The notes under the pieces: generated by a model
The model's input: the letters and a program-made list of their open reading frames with translations, nothing else
The model's database searches: none
Told to the model about the DNA's origin: nothing
Part shown: positions 1-12,873 of the stretch, piece by piece
Layout: the number at the start of each line of letters is the position of its first letter
How positions within the stretch are numbered: the stretch's first letter is position 1
NCBI GenBank assembly: GCA_000934665.2
Contig: JYFJ02002546.1
Span: 1-55,106, forward strand
Length of the DNA stretch: 55,106 nt
Source of the DNA: Catajapyx aquilonaris
Lineage: Eukaryota
Reading direction: 5' to 3'
Program-made: the position numbers and the translations under genes

Positions 1-1858
1 CCCCCCCCACCCAGAAAAATTCCTGGATCCGCCATATACCCATATCTTCATAAAACCTATCTGGATTACAACTCTGTAACAGTGTGAGGTAATAAGTAAA
101 TTTATGATTATATTCTGCCATTATTACTTTTTGTCCTCATCACTGACTGATGGTTCCTTAATAATCCCATTTCCTTAATCAACCACAGCAATCTGCCAAA
201 TGTGGCATTCATATTTTTGTAGAATCCAGGAAGTGTGTCAAAATAAAACATTCACAGCCACACTGGGAATGAAGTCACAAATCAATAATCGCAGCTGCGT
301 GTATGAGTGTCATTTGGTGAATTTAGTCTGGGCCTAAAGCAAAGGTTTAGGACCAGAAATAGGGCCTACATCAAAATATGGAGGTAATCATAATTGGCAG
401 CTGCTCCTTTTTTTGGCTGAGCAGCATATCAGTGGTGTGACTGGGTGTGACCCAGCAGGGTTAAAGAGAGAATAATCCCAGCAAATGAGATAAAAATAGC
501 TGTAAGACAAGGAACATATATGGGCTCTGGTAAGACACATACATGTATTTTTCCTAGTCCACTGAGATTTTTGCAAGGATTTTTGGTGCATAGATACCTG
601 TACTACTTGATGCGCCTAATAAGCAGGGTAGAAGCTAGGCTAGAACCTGATATGGTAGTTCCTGATATGAGATGTAGGAGTCAACTAGAATTGTGCTAAT
701 ATGCAATTTTTCAGGTTGTAAATGGCACAGAATATTATGGGAACCTTAATAAGTTTTTTGATTCAATTTCTATGCATTCGCCAGCCACTATTATTAGCCT
801 GTATGCTGATAGACTCCGTTTTTCAATAAGTATCATCAAGAGCTAATAAGTATGGTATATAAGTATGGTATCATCATTTATTTAAACAATAGGGAATTTG
901 CACACGCTTAATTTGCTGTCATACAACCGACCCTAAGTGTAATTATGAAGGAACTTTTTCAATTTCTTGAAGGCCACTATACCTCCCCTGCGCCCTTCAG
1001 TTACGGTACCGTATTCTATATAGAGACAAGAGCATGCTATAATGATATAGAGACACCGCGCCGTGCCGTCACGCAACAAACAGTGTCAACTGGTGTCAAC
1101 AATAGGCAGTAAATAGGTCACTCCCAGCTGTTAGTGACGTACTTCTAGAATTTATTTAATTTTAATTAATTAATGTGTTTGGAACTATAAAGCCACTCTG
1201 ATTCTCCAGTGGTTCCGCGAACGGACGATAGATGGCGTGAGCAGTCACCGGCGAGCGGCGAGAAGAAGGATATACTTTGGGAACTTCTAACCGTTCTAAC
1301 CTCTAACAACCGTGGGCGAGAAGAGTCAGAAGACATTCCACAATGCGCGCACCGAAGGCGTGCACAATGCACTGATAGCAGATTGAAGATTGAACTCATT
1401 GAATGAAGTCCACCCCACGACCCACGCGAGTGTGAGTAGCCTGTTGGGAGGATTCGAACGATTCGAGCGAGGCACGCCTGTCGGTTCATCTGAGCTACAA
1501 GACAAGGTGCAACGGACAACGGTCACCTGACTAGTCTGTTAGAAGGTAATACTGGTGGGACCCGTAGAAAAGGAAGGCTTACTACAACATTGGGCGCTGA
1601 GGCCCTTCTAATTCTCAAGCTGCCACAGGTACTCGAACTGTAGGCTGAGGCTGACTCCTGCATAAGGCTTTGTGACATAATGGACTTTAGGCATGTCTTA
1701 ATGGCCACTAAAACTGGTGTTGTACTTGCACAGACTCAGATGCCACAGGGCAGTAATGCAGTATGGTGGGAGGGAAAAGTTGATGCAAGCTAGTAGGACA
1801 GTATCAGTTCAATGATGTGTTTAATGACCAGGTTTGGGTATGTGTCTACCATTATTAA

Positions 1859-2491
1859 TCCTTAACTACGTAGGTGGAGCCTGAGAGGCTCCAAGCACTA
1901 TTTAAACGCATGTAACTTTTTCATTGAATTTTATTTTCCCCTGTCCTTCTGTGACTTTGGCCGGGTTGCACTGGCTCCCGGAAAATATATCTGGCCGAAG
2001 AAGAGCCAGAATAGTTTGTTATTCATTGTTGACAGAACTGTTGACAACAATGAATAACAAACTATCCGGGCTCTTCTGCGGCCAGATAAATTTTCCGGGA
2101 GCCGGTGCAACCCGGCATTTGTCAGAAAAACCTTCCTAAGCATGAAAAGGAAAGAAAAATTTTTTTAGTCCCTATTCTTTGGTTAAAAAAAATTCGTAAC
2201 GAGGAACAGGTCCCTCCTGGAACCGCTCAAGCTCTATATCTCGTAGGTGAAGCCTGAGCGACTCAAGCATGATGTAACCTTTTAATTAAAAAATTTTCCC
2301 TGTCGGAATATGCTGACTCGGCGTGTGATTTTTACGTTTTCGGAAGCCTAATGATCTGAACTGCACTTTCTGTATGTGAAAAGTCCAATATAACAATTTA
2401 GTTGATAAGCAGAAATTTAAATATAGCGTTGGAGCCTCTCAGGCTCCACCTACGTAGTTAAAGGTGTTTCGCCCACCTACGTAGTTAAGGG
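1859..2491. mobile_element. piggyBac-like non-autonomous element (TTAA-flanked MITE)
   Basis: TTAA|tccttaactacgtaggtgg ... ccacctacgtagttaaggg|TTAA; internal palindrome about 1960-2115. Confidence 0.8.
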
Positions 2492-2672
2492 TTAATTTTG
2501 GCAAAAATGAACTAACAATATATTAATGACACGGATAGGCCCATGTCTGAACCTGCACCTTGTGCTGGGGCAAGTGGCCCATAGCTATAGTTGGTGTTTT
2601 TAGTGAGGTGCATAATACTTGAAAATTGGTGGGCCTTTTTTTCCAAAGAATTCAAAATAAACTTTAATTATA

Positions 2673-3008
2673 CAGGGTGATCAAACTTTTTTGTCATTTT
2701 AGATATTGACAAATTCGGCCTTAGCTGCTTATATTGTAGCCGTGGCTAGCAACCAGTTGTTGAAATCAGAAATCGGAAATAATAACGGTTGATATTAGGG
2801 ATGAAACAACACGAAACAAATGAAGAATGGCAGTCGAATTTGTTCAAATCTCGATCTTCATTTGTTTCCTGTTGTTTAATCTCTAATATCAAGCGTTGTT
2901 ATTTCCGATTTCTGATTTCAACAACTGGTTGCTAGCCACGGCTACAATATGAGCAGCTAAGGCCGAATTTGTCAATAACTAAAACGACAAACAAGTTTGA
3001 TCACTCTG
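2673..3008. mobile_element. Tc1/mariner-type palindromic MITE
   Basis: TA|cagggtgatcaaact ... agtttgatcactctg|TA; the arms pair along nearly the whole length. Confidence 0.85.
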
Positions 3009-3748
3009 TAGTATAGTTCAGTGACATTTGGGTCATGCACATATCACTGAGGAAACCTGATGCAGTCTCATTCTGATAGGTGCGAAGAAAGGGCCGCGAA
3101 TTGAGGTGAACGATGTCTACTTGACCATTGTATGGGGGTACGCTGTACCGACGTAACCCATCACCTAACCTTCCGTCTTTGCGGATGCAGACCTATCTTC
3201 AGCGGATGCAGGCCTAGGGGAGTAGCCAAGGGATGACCAGGGGCAAGCAGAACTAGATGAACAGATGTCTACCTTTCGCTGTAATATAGAAGCACAATTC
3301 TGATCCACTATTTGGTTGAAGGAACAGCATTGCTACGTTTGTACCTCATGATGCAATATGATCATACACATTTTGCAGTGTTTGCTTAAATCAAAGTGGA
3401 TGGCTTTCGTAGGTCATTAGCTCTTGGTATGGTATACGGGAAAGTATTTTTACACCTCCCTATGAAGCCACTAACTAGGTACATTAATCTATACTGTATT
3501 ACAAACAGTGTAAATACCTTTAAAAAGTTTGTCACTGAGGCAATAACAGGACATATCCAAATACCACACTCCATGACCTGCCTTGATCATTTCCAGGCCC
3601 CCAGGGCCAAATAAGGCAGGTTTGAGTCTTTCTTAACTTTCTCAGGCAATGGCACTGATTGAAAGTCCACTGCAGAGAGCCACTTGTAAGCCAGACAGAT
3701 AAATGCAGGACTTTTGTCGATCTTGCTTTTAGCTCTTTGGCCGCCGCT

Positions 3749-3756
3749 NNNNNNNN
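3749..3756. other. Assembly gap (8 N) next to poly-C
   Basis: Read directly. Confidence 0.99.
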
Positions 3757-4248
3757 ACCCCCCCCCCCCCCCCAGCATGATTCATGTATGACGTAATCGT
3801 ATTTAAAAAAAATTCATATCTCACCTACGCAATGAGTTTGCCCCATCCCCCCTACATAATTCGAACCGCATTGAACGGCTGCTGCTGCCAGGCTCACTCA
3901 TGTGGCTGTGTGCGAATCAGAAAAACAGGGCTGAGGGTGCTGTACCGAGTATTGACGGTTTGGATTGGTTCCGAAGGCATCCGCCCAAATTCGCCTGGCA
4001 GCCCGATTCCCCCATGAGCGACGCCAGTGCCAGCGGAGACTGTGTAATTAAACAGCCTTCCCCATAAGGCTAGATAGGGAGTTGCAGGGGCGCTGTGTGT
4101 ATAGGGTAACAGCTATAACCATTTCTACACATCTACTTGGGGGAAAAGCGTAGCGGTGAAGTATACGGGTTTAAAGAACGATTCTATGCAAAATATTGCT
4201 TAGAAACCGATCTAATAAATTGCTAAATTCACAGATGAAGACCTAGGC

Positions 4249-4622
4249 TGCACACAATCTGTATCATGGACTAGATATCTAAGGACTGGCCACTCCGCCT
4301 CTTATCGCGTTGGGAGGGAAACAGGGAGGTTATGCAGTACGGAACCACAGGCGTCTTGCTGATCAGGAGCCAGACTGAAGAGAAGCACGTCATGTCGATG
4401 CCATCAATGACTAGTTGACTAATTCGAAGAGGACGCGCTCAGGGCCCAGCTGCTCATTGCATTGGTTTAAATAAGACGTGATGTGCTTCTCTTCGTTCTG
4501 GCCCCTGATCAGCAAGCCGCTTGTGGTTCCGGAGTGCATAATCTCCCCGTTTCCTTCCCAACAAGATAAGAGGGGGAGTGACCAGTCCTTAGATACCTCG
4601 TCCGTGATCTGTATCATTGTGC
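4249..4622. repeat. Old diverged inverted repeat (foldback element)
   Basis: atctaaggactggccactcc...gaagagaagcacgtca pairs with tgatgtgcttctcttc...gtgaccagtccttagat. Confidence 0.7.
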
Positions 4623-4869
4623 ATAAAACTTTTTCCAATATGGCCGCCCGAGGATGACGTCAGATCTAAATGTCAGACGAAATGCTCGAGCATGTAATTT
4701 TTGTGGGGAGTTCTCCTTGTTTTGCCTGTGCATATAAAAAAATGGGTTCGAACCCGGCCAAGGTCGGTGACTTTTCTCCAGGTGGTAGAAAAGGTAGAGT
4801 GCGCCCTGGGTGACATGAGCATTAAGCATTCTTTGGCATGCGCAGCTCCATGGTCATGGAATACTCAGG

Positions 4870-5147
4870 TCTGGACACTCCCACCTACACTGTGCCAGGG
4901 CGTTTTTCAGGAGGTGCTCACTTGAGAGCACCATGAGACCTTTCACTGCACTGTTATGTGGCGACCCTACCGGCGGCCATGTTGGGCCCGCATGTAGCGC
5001 TTCCCTTTTGTACCTATGAAGTTCAGCGTAGTCCGGTAGGGTCGCCACATAACAGTGCAGTGAAAGGTCTCATGGTGCTCTCAAGTGAGCACCTCCTGAA
5101 AAACACCCTGGCAGGCGATAAGATAAGAACGTAGAGGTAGTGTCCAG
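4870..5147. repeat. Inverted repeat with near-perfect arms of about 80 bp
   Basis: gccagggcgtttttcaggaggtgctcacttgagagcacc...ccctaccgg pairs with ccggtaggg...cctgaaaaacaccctggc. Confidence 0.8.
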
Positions 5148-5994
5148 GGGCTGTGCAGCTCTTACAAGAATGAATACAAACTGGCCTGTTGGTTGCCACT
5201 CTTTCAAGTGTTCACCTGATCATTACATTTTGTGATTACATAAGGAAGTACTGAAGCCTACTCCTGATAACATGTGACTACATAAAAAGTACAGTATACA
5301 CCTGATTACGTGAGTGGCCATTGTATCAACCGGTTGGTGCAAATCACGGTGCAAATGCTGCAAGAACCTGTAATGTGATTGCAAATATGCTGCTTGCCCC
5401 CTTTCCCACTCATTCCCTCTTATCTCATTCCACCCTACAGATGGGGATTTAATGATGCCATCGTTCTGACAGTTTCCTCTTCGATCAATCTGGGATTCAT
5501 CCTATCATTGATCTCTTGGCATATTAGGATATTATGGATATTAGCCAAATATTAGCAGCTGATATTTTTGACTGTCTTTTGACACTTCCATAGGAACACA
5601 CTGGTTTAGGGGCATGTAATTCACTCATTTAATCTGTAAATTTAGAACATGGAATTAAAGTGAATGTAGCAAGTAAGGTAACATTTACTCAACCTCACAA
5701 CAGCACATCCATACTGTGGTTGGACATTGGTCACATGTCACAGACACCAAATGCATAAGCACCAATCAAAAGAGATTTTCCTGCTGGGCAGGTTCATGCC
5801 CTTTGAATAATGGAGTACACATGTGAGCTTGGCTGCATTGATTTTTTGGGGGGAATAAATAATATGATTTCTTGTTTGCCTTTCCTTCATGGCCTTCTCA
5901 TGCAAAGGCTCATGGTTAAAATATTTTCTTGTGCAGGCTGTGGAAGCACACTTTGTGCTCAACTACTTCAGGACAGCGCAGCTAAGTAGAGAGA

Positions 5995-6096
5995 ATGGCA
6001 GACTCAGACTATGTGACACTTGTGATGACAAGCACAACCAACCCTTCAAATGTGGAGAAGAGGTTCCCCCGGAAGATCACAGTGGCTGATTTCAAG
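5995..6096 (+). CDS. TBCB: TBCB coding exon 1 ([10 protein letters not shown]...ITVADFK)
   Basis: ATG at 5995; donor AAG|gtataa. Acceptor tttcttgtgcag at 5936 implies a further upstream 5'UTR exon. Confidence 0.9.
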
Positions 6097-9000
6097 GTAT
6101 AAACCCTACAGCTCCCGTAGTGAAAACTAAAACACATTACCATATTACCTCACTTAGTGGCATGCTGGTGTAGTCGTCGACTAGTTTTTATAATGCATGA
6201 TCTGGTGGCTATACTGGCATGACGGTTTAAGCAAGGTGTGCCGGTATAAGGCGAGGTTTTCTTAAGCACAGCATTATCACGATCTCCATGAAAATGATTA
6301 TTACTCAAATGTATGCATTACACCCATATGCTATGGTGCGGATACAGCCTAGGGCACCTATTGCCTGACATGTCCCATAAGATCTTTCGTTAAGTTCAAA
6401 TTTCACAGCAACATTTTCAATTAAAAGTGCAAGGCTGCAAGAAGGGAAGCATACCTACCAGAACATTTCATGTTTGGTTAGGATTTTATGATCGGAAATA
6501 ACGAGACTTCTCAGACAAGTTGATACCACTACACAAAGTGATCCTCTGATTGCCAACGAGATATGCGACCAGCAAACTATTGAGTAAAACGAAGGACTGA
6601 AGGAATTTGCCTGGATTCTTTGTAATGTTTAGGGGGGTTCCCCTCTCAGAGCAGGCTGCATATGGGATTGGTGACACTCTAAGCCATGTGCAACAGGTGA
6701 ACTTGCATATTCTCACAGCCCTGTACAGTTTCCTGCATTAATGGCTATGCACAGACATCGCCACCTGGCGGGATTGAGCGGAACTAGGCGTCGGTGGGCT
6801 GTGTCCAAAATCCTTTGGTCTCAAGACTGCTCATGAGACCGCTCTAGACGGCTCAAGATATCGCGGTGGATTAACAGGCATTCACGTGGTCCGTGTAATA
6901 ACTGGTTCACAACCTCAATACATTGATAGGAATCGCAATGGCCTTATAATTCATCCCACAGATATATGGGATCCGCTGTGATCCATATTTGTAGCAAGTG
7001 TTTGAATCAACCGCGATATCTTGAGCTGTCCCAAGTATTTTGGACGCAGCCCACCAATGCCTAATTCCGCTCGTTCTTGGACAGGTCGCGATGTCTGTGC
7101 ATGGGCATTAATGCAGGGTACTGTACTCACACATATTTCACCGTAACATTTTAGTACAGTACCAGATGCATTCCAATAAATTTGACCAGGATCAAAATTA
7201 TGGAAATCTCCCTCGGTTATTGCGGCATGCCGACCACCCCCGGGTTACACCTGCATGCCGCTTTAAGTGAGGTAATACGGTATAACTATCAAGGGCAGTT
7301 ACTAAGCAGTCATCATAACCTAAACACTGCAGTTTTGAAACCCTCAATATCAAGAGAGAATCAATGTTTTATAAATTTATACGAGGCGCGTCCAGAAAGT
7401 AAGTTCCATTTTTTAAATTAGAAAAACCACAATGTATTCCCGGAATTTTTATTTACACATCTGAAATCGACAACTGTCTACTTTTTTTCAAAATAGTTTC
7501 CAGGCAAATTGGGACATTTTTCATTGAGTTACACAATATTTTGTATGCCTATGTCATAGAGGTCTGCCGCCAGCCATTTTTGCGATACCTGAATGCTGGA
7601 TTGCAACTCCTCGTCATTGTCAAACTTCTTTGCAAGCCATTTCTCCCTGTCTATGGACATGTGGTAATTGCTAGGCTCTAAATCCCAGGTGATCAAAAGA
7701 TTCTCACTTGAATTGTTGCAGCAGGGTTCCAGTAAGCAAGTAAGCAGGGGGGCATTGTCGCAGAAGAAAACACCCCGAAACTGAATATACCATTACATTT
7801 CTTGTGAATTGCCATCCTTAACTTCTGTAATGTCTCACAATAAACCTTTGGGTTGAACAAACATAGCAGCATGTTGAGTTTCAGGGTGTTTTCTTGCATG
7901 ACAATGCCTCCCTGCGTACTGCCTTGCTTACTGGAACCGTGCCGCAACAATTCAAATGAGAATTTTTTGATCACCTGGGATTTAGAGCCTAGCGAATACC
8001 ACCTGTCCATGAACAGGGAGAAATGGCTTGCAAAGCAGTAGGTTGACCATGACGACGAGTTGCAATCCAGCATTAAGGGATCGCGGAAATGGCTGGCGGC
8101 AGACTTCTATGACATAGGCATACAAAATATTGTGGAATTCAATGAAAAATGCCCCAATTTGCCTGGAAACTATTTTGAAGAAAAGTAGACAGTTGTCGAT
8201 TTCAGATGTGTAAATAAAAACTCTGGGGGTGCATTGTGGTTTTTCTTATTAAAAAATGGAACTTACTTTCTGGACGCCCCTCATAGCAATGTTATAAGTG
8301 AACCTGTTAGCTAATTTTACCCCTTGCAGAGTTACAATTTTTTCAGTTCTAGATTTTTGCAATTATATCAAGGTATTTATTTTACACTTCATTGTCACTG
8401 CTCAAGCTTTACATAAGGAAGCTGTGTGCGGCTTTTTAGATAATGGTTAAAGACTGGGTTTTTAGGCAAATGCCAACCAATTTAGTTCCTTTACATTTGG
8501 GATGGTTTTGTGAAGCGATATATCCATTTCATAAGTGTAGGATGTGGAAAATGTAGGTTTTATAGTGCCTATGCCTAAAATTGCCTATTTCGTGGTTTTG
8601 GGAACTATTTTGGCTATTCTGGATTTTTCAGGACAGTTTTTGAACTTTTTGAAGCAATTTCGGGAAGTCTTGGCCTATTCTGGACCTATTCCTTCCAGAG
8701 GCACGTTTTTTGTTGCAGATTATTTTTTGTGCTCCGGAAAGGACCAAAATTGTTCAGAAGTAATTAGATTCACTAATGAAAATATAGAAAAAAAATTGGT
8801 AACACTGCTCAAGTGGGCTATAAGCAGTAGTCTCTCGAGCAAGTGTTACTTTGGGCCTTTTCCCCTAAGTTTTGTGAATGAAAGTCAGTTTGTCGTTCGT
8901 TTTTGCACTGATTTGTGACCTTATATTATTTTATACCATTAGGCTTATAAAATTTGTGTCTTTTGATTTTCTGTAACGTTATCCTCCGTACACCCACAAA

Positions 9001-12000
9001 AGTAAAATTTTGGGCCTATTTTAGGTTTTTTTTCGTGCCTATTTCAGGGGGTTTTCACACCTGAAAATCCGGACTCTAGGAATGATATTCATTGCAATTT
9101 AGTTGTCATAAGGAAGAATTTCCTGGTTTGTTATGATATAAAAGGGGAATTGTTTTCAGGGCAAGCTGGAACTCATTGTGGGAGCCGACAAGTCTGGCAT
9201 GGAGTTGGAGCTCTTTGGAAAGGATGGCAGCCGCAAGTGTAAGATTACGGATGACATGGCAACACTTGGTTCTCTTGATATGGAGGATGGAATGCGTGTA
9301 CATGTAAGTCCATGTTATTCATAAGGGCAAATGTCTCAAGGTTCTAAGGTCATATTATTTGACTCAGGTCTAGTTGCACTGCCTCCAGAAAAATTGGCAG
9401 TGCAAGCGGACCTTAAGGATGCTTTACACACACTGTTAACTTTACAGAGTGCCAAATCAATTTCACCCTTCCTGTTGACTTTTGAATAAATTTGGCATAT
9501 GGACATTTGAGTTGTTAAGTTACACTCTTTATGGAAGGTGGATATGTAAGGAGTAATTATTTTATCAGAGGAGTCATTCCATGTGAGATGGGCCAGGGTG
9601 GTTGCTCGATCCTCTAGTTAATTTTTTATATTTTCACCACCTTTTCACCTTGATATTGACTTGCTCAAAACTATCTTTGTTAATTTTGTATCTGCCACCA
9701 TGTGATCGTGTTTTTAGGGGTCATGAGGAAGTCTGGGAAAAGGGGATCAAAATAAAATGAAAAAGAGAAGAAAAAAACAAAGCGAAGTAGGAAAATTTTA
9801 GGGGGGAAATTCACATCAAATCTACGTAAGCATTGCACCTGGTTGAACATTTTGGTAATTACGAGGCGCGTCCAGAAACTAAGTTCCAGTTTTTTATTAG
9901 AAAAACCACAATGCACCCCCAGAATTTTTTTTTACACATCTGAAATTGACAACTGTCTACTTTTCTTCAAAATAGTTTCCAGCCAAATTGGGGCATTTTT
10001 CATTGAGTTCCACAATATTTTCTATGCCTCTGGTATAGAAGTATTCCGCCAGCCATTTCCGCAATCCCTGAACGCTGGATTGCAACTCCTCGTCATCGTC
10101 AACCTTCTGCTGTACAAGCTATTTCTCCCTGTCCATGGACAGGTGGTAATCGCTAGGCTTTAAATCTCAGGTGATCAAAAAATTCTCACTTGTCGTGCAA
10201 GAAAACACCCCGAAACTCAACATGCTGCTATGTTTGTTCAACCCAAAGGTTTATTGTGAGACATTACAGAAGTTAAGGATGGCAATTCACAAGAAATGTA
10301 TCGGTATATTGAGTCTCGGGGTGTTTTCTTCTGCGACAATGCCCCCCTGCGTACTTCCTGGAACCCTGCCGCAACAATTCAAGTGAGAATTTTTTGATTA
10401 CCTGGGATTTAGAGCCTAGCGATTACCACCTGTCCATGGACAGGGACCTTCGGCTTGTAAAGCAGAAGGCTGACGATGACGAGGAGTTGCAATCCAGCGT
10501 TCAGGGATCGCGGAAATGGCTGGCTGAAGACTTCTATGCCAGAGGCATACAAAATATTGTGGAACTCAATGAATAATGCCCCAATTTGGCTGGAAACTAT
10601 TTTGAATAAAAGTAGACAGTCGGCAATTTCAGAAGCGCAAATAAAAATTCTGGGGGTGCATTGTGGTTTTTCAAATTTAAAAACCGAACTTACTTTTTGG
10701 ACGCGCCTCATAAGAATTTTATTTTAGAATGGGGATGGGTCATACGAGTTACCAGAGGTCCAGAAAAGGTTGTCCATAGGGTTTTGTCGCAATAAGGTTG
10801 GGAATAATGCTGGATAATCAGGATAAACATTTCGTCCATAGAGTCGTACCATTCTTTATGAACGCGACTCGACATAGCAATGGAATATGGGAGCATGTGA
10901 AAAATAAAATACTATGATCACAGTCATGCTTTTATAATAAAAAGCTAGGCAGGGCGACGGGTGACACGGAGGTGTAGTGGTTAGTGCCTGTGAGGTCCGG
11001 AGTTTGAAGTTTAAGTTTTAAGTTTATCATTTAAAATAGCAGGTTCATAAGTCTCTAGACCCTGCCAAAGAAACTCCTTGCTCTCCATTCTGCTGCCAAA
11101 CTAAGTCCCTCTCCAGCCATTTCTCATGTGGGTTGTGTGTCTCAACTCCCTTCTGGTGTTATGTATGACCTTAGAGCATCACATTCTGTCTTCTAGCATG
11201 TGGTTGCATGCTGGTTACAGCTTAATCTCCGCAGTGTCAACCAGATCTCAGAAAATGTCTCACTTCGATTCATACATTTTACCTATTGTAATGTTAACAT
11301 GTGAACTATCTTTACCTGAAGGTTACCAGCAAGGGAGGGATAGAGTGTGACATGTCCAAGAGTCCTGAGGTGTTTGCCATGAGGGCTGAGGACTACGCCA
11401 AGCGATCTGGTACAGTAAGGGAGTTCCTGGAGAAGAACCGCATTGGCCGGTACAGTGAGGAAGAAATGAAGACCAAGGAGGAAGAGGCCATTGCAAAGAT
11501 GGAGGAAGATCAGATGAAAGCAGAGACAATTACCGTTGGGAGTCGGTGTGAGGTCACTGTCCCAAAGCAGCCGCTAAGGAGGGGAGTTGTCATGTTTGTG
11601 GGTGAGTTCATGCAACATGTGCTATAAGGTGTTTTTTGATACTTCTTTCAACATTTTGGAACTGAGTAATTTCATTTTCAATATGATTGACACATTGAGA
11701 CACCTAGTGGTTAGGTGTCAGGCTGTCATTCAGGAGGTCCTGGGTTTGAATTTTGGTACCAGCCTTCCTCCTGTGCATTTTCTGTGGTTGCTCCCAGATT
11801 GTATAAAATGATTCTCTTAAGGTTTCTTTTCAAAAGGGCTGTAGCTGCTTCCTTTTTTTCATTTCTTTTCCCCCTGAAAAGTGCGCGAGAATCTCACCGT
11901 TAACAGATTGTGGAATAAACTCATTGGCAAGAGAAGGAGATATTATGGGGCTGTATGGAAGGCATGCTCAACCAGTGCCGAAGACACAGAAGTCATACTT

Positions 12001-12873
12001 GTACTGTACAGACGTCAGCTTGATGGAATTTTAATTATAATAATTAGGTTTTTTGTATTTAAAGCACTGCACTTGCATGAAAATTGGGAAAAAATTGTGC
12101 AGAGGGTTTTTTATTATCTAAAACCCCATTGGAGGGAACGAAGCCCTTTTAGGGGGGGTGGATTACCACCATCCGGATTGATTTTCAAGTTTTTTTCTTC
12201 AGACTCCGTGCAAGGACGTTACGGTTTGGGAGGGGACACAGGTGCAAGTGCAATGTCTGAAAAGGGTCATGTGCAGTCCCCCGGCCAGAGACCCACTGAC
12301 CCAGGCGAAAGGTAACTCCCGGGCGGGGATTAGAACCTGGGACCTTTCGCACAGCAGGCCGAGATGTTAACCATCTCGTCCACCACACCTTCCTCTCTGG
12401 ACTGTAGAGGTTAAGCAACCTATTCATTGATCCCTTGCGTAGTCACAGTGCTGGAGGCAAGTGCACATGGTGCAACTGTGATTAAAAGGCTTTTTTTTTG
12501 TGCATTCCGCTGAGCAAAAGTATCAGACATTGAAAATGAAATCTCCCTTTCATATGGTCAGCCCTGTGTGTGATTTGTTCCTAGTGCCTTGCTGTGTTCT
12601 AAACATGTGCTCTTTTGTTTCTGCAGGTGAAGTTGACTTCAAACCTGGTGTTTGGGTGGGTGTGAAGCTAGACGAGCCTCTAGGAAAGAATGATGGAAGG
12701 TGAGCACCAATTCATTTTGTTACTCATCTCTTGTGTGATAATTGACTTCCATTGTCTTCTATAGTGTGGGTGGAAAGCGGTACTTTGAGTGTAAGTCCAA
12801 CTATGGCAGTTTTGTGAAGCCTAGTGACGTTGAGGTAGGCGACTTTCCAGAGGAAGAGCTGGATGAGATTTAG
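5995..12873 (+). CDS. TBCB: Tubulin-folding cofactor B; join(5995..6096,9160..9303,11322..11601,12627..12699,12765..12873), 235 aa
   Basis: Spliced ORF of 708 nt, all introns GT-AG with matching phases. N-terminal Ubl domain ([23 protein letters not shown]...MEDGMRVHV), charged coiled region, C-terminal CAP-Gly ([27 protein letters not shown]...YGSFVKP), acidic end EEELDEI*. Confidence 0.96.
6726..7123. mobile_element. TA-flanked MITE with long TIRs
   Basis: TA|cagtttcctgcattaatggctatgcacagacatcgc ... gcgatgtctgtgcatgggcattaatgcagggtactg|TA. Confidence 0.8.
7382..8283. mobile_element. Palindromic mariner deletion derivative (two inverted 3' ends)
   Basis: TA|cgaggcgcgtccagaaagtaagttcc ... 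ggaacttactttctggacgcccctca|TA; both arms encode the transposase C-terminus ([33 protein letters not shown]). Confidence 0.9.
9160..9303 (+). CDS. TBCB: TBCB coding exon 2 (Ubl domain)
   Basis: ttttcag|GGCAAGCTG...GTACAT|gtaagt; 144 nt, phase 0-0; [19 protein letters not shown]...MEDGMRVH. Confidence 0.93.
9862..10710. mobile_element. Second copy of the same palindromic mariner family
   Basis: Same TIR and TA flanks; [20 protein letters not shown]; the central segment is inverted relative to the 7382 copy. Confidence 0.9.
11322..11601 (+). CDS. TBCB: TBCB coding exon 3
   Basis: [26 protein letters not shown]...ITVGSRCEV...RRGVVMFVG; donor G|gtgagt. Confidence 0.93.
12189..12395 (-). mobile_element. 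tRNA-derived SINE
   Basis: A-box (tggtggacgagatggtt), B-box (ggttctaatcc), body gacattgcacttgcacc, A-rich tail. Confidence 0.7.
12627..12699 (+). CDS. TBCB: TBCB coding exon 4 (CAP-Gly, GKNDG motif)
   Basis: ctgcag|GTGAAGTT...GGAAG|gtgagc. Confidence 0.94.
12765..12873 (+). CDS. TBCB: TBCB last coding exon
   Basis: Follows a 65-nt intron; [38 protein letters not shown] at 12871-12873. Confidence 0.94.

Noticed and set aside
60..600. Minus-strand exon with a hydrophobic stretch (TAIFISFAGIILSLTLLG)
   Set aside because: Short, no recognisable homology and weak acceptor context; cannot be supported.
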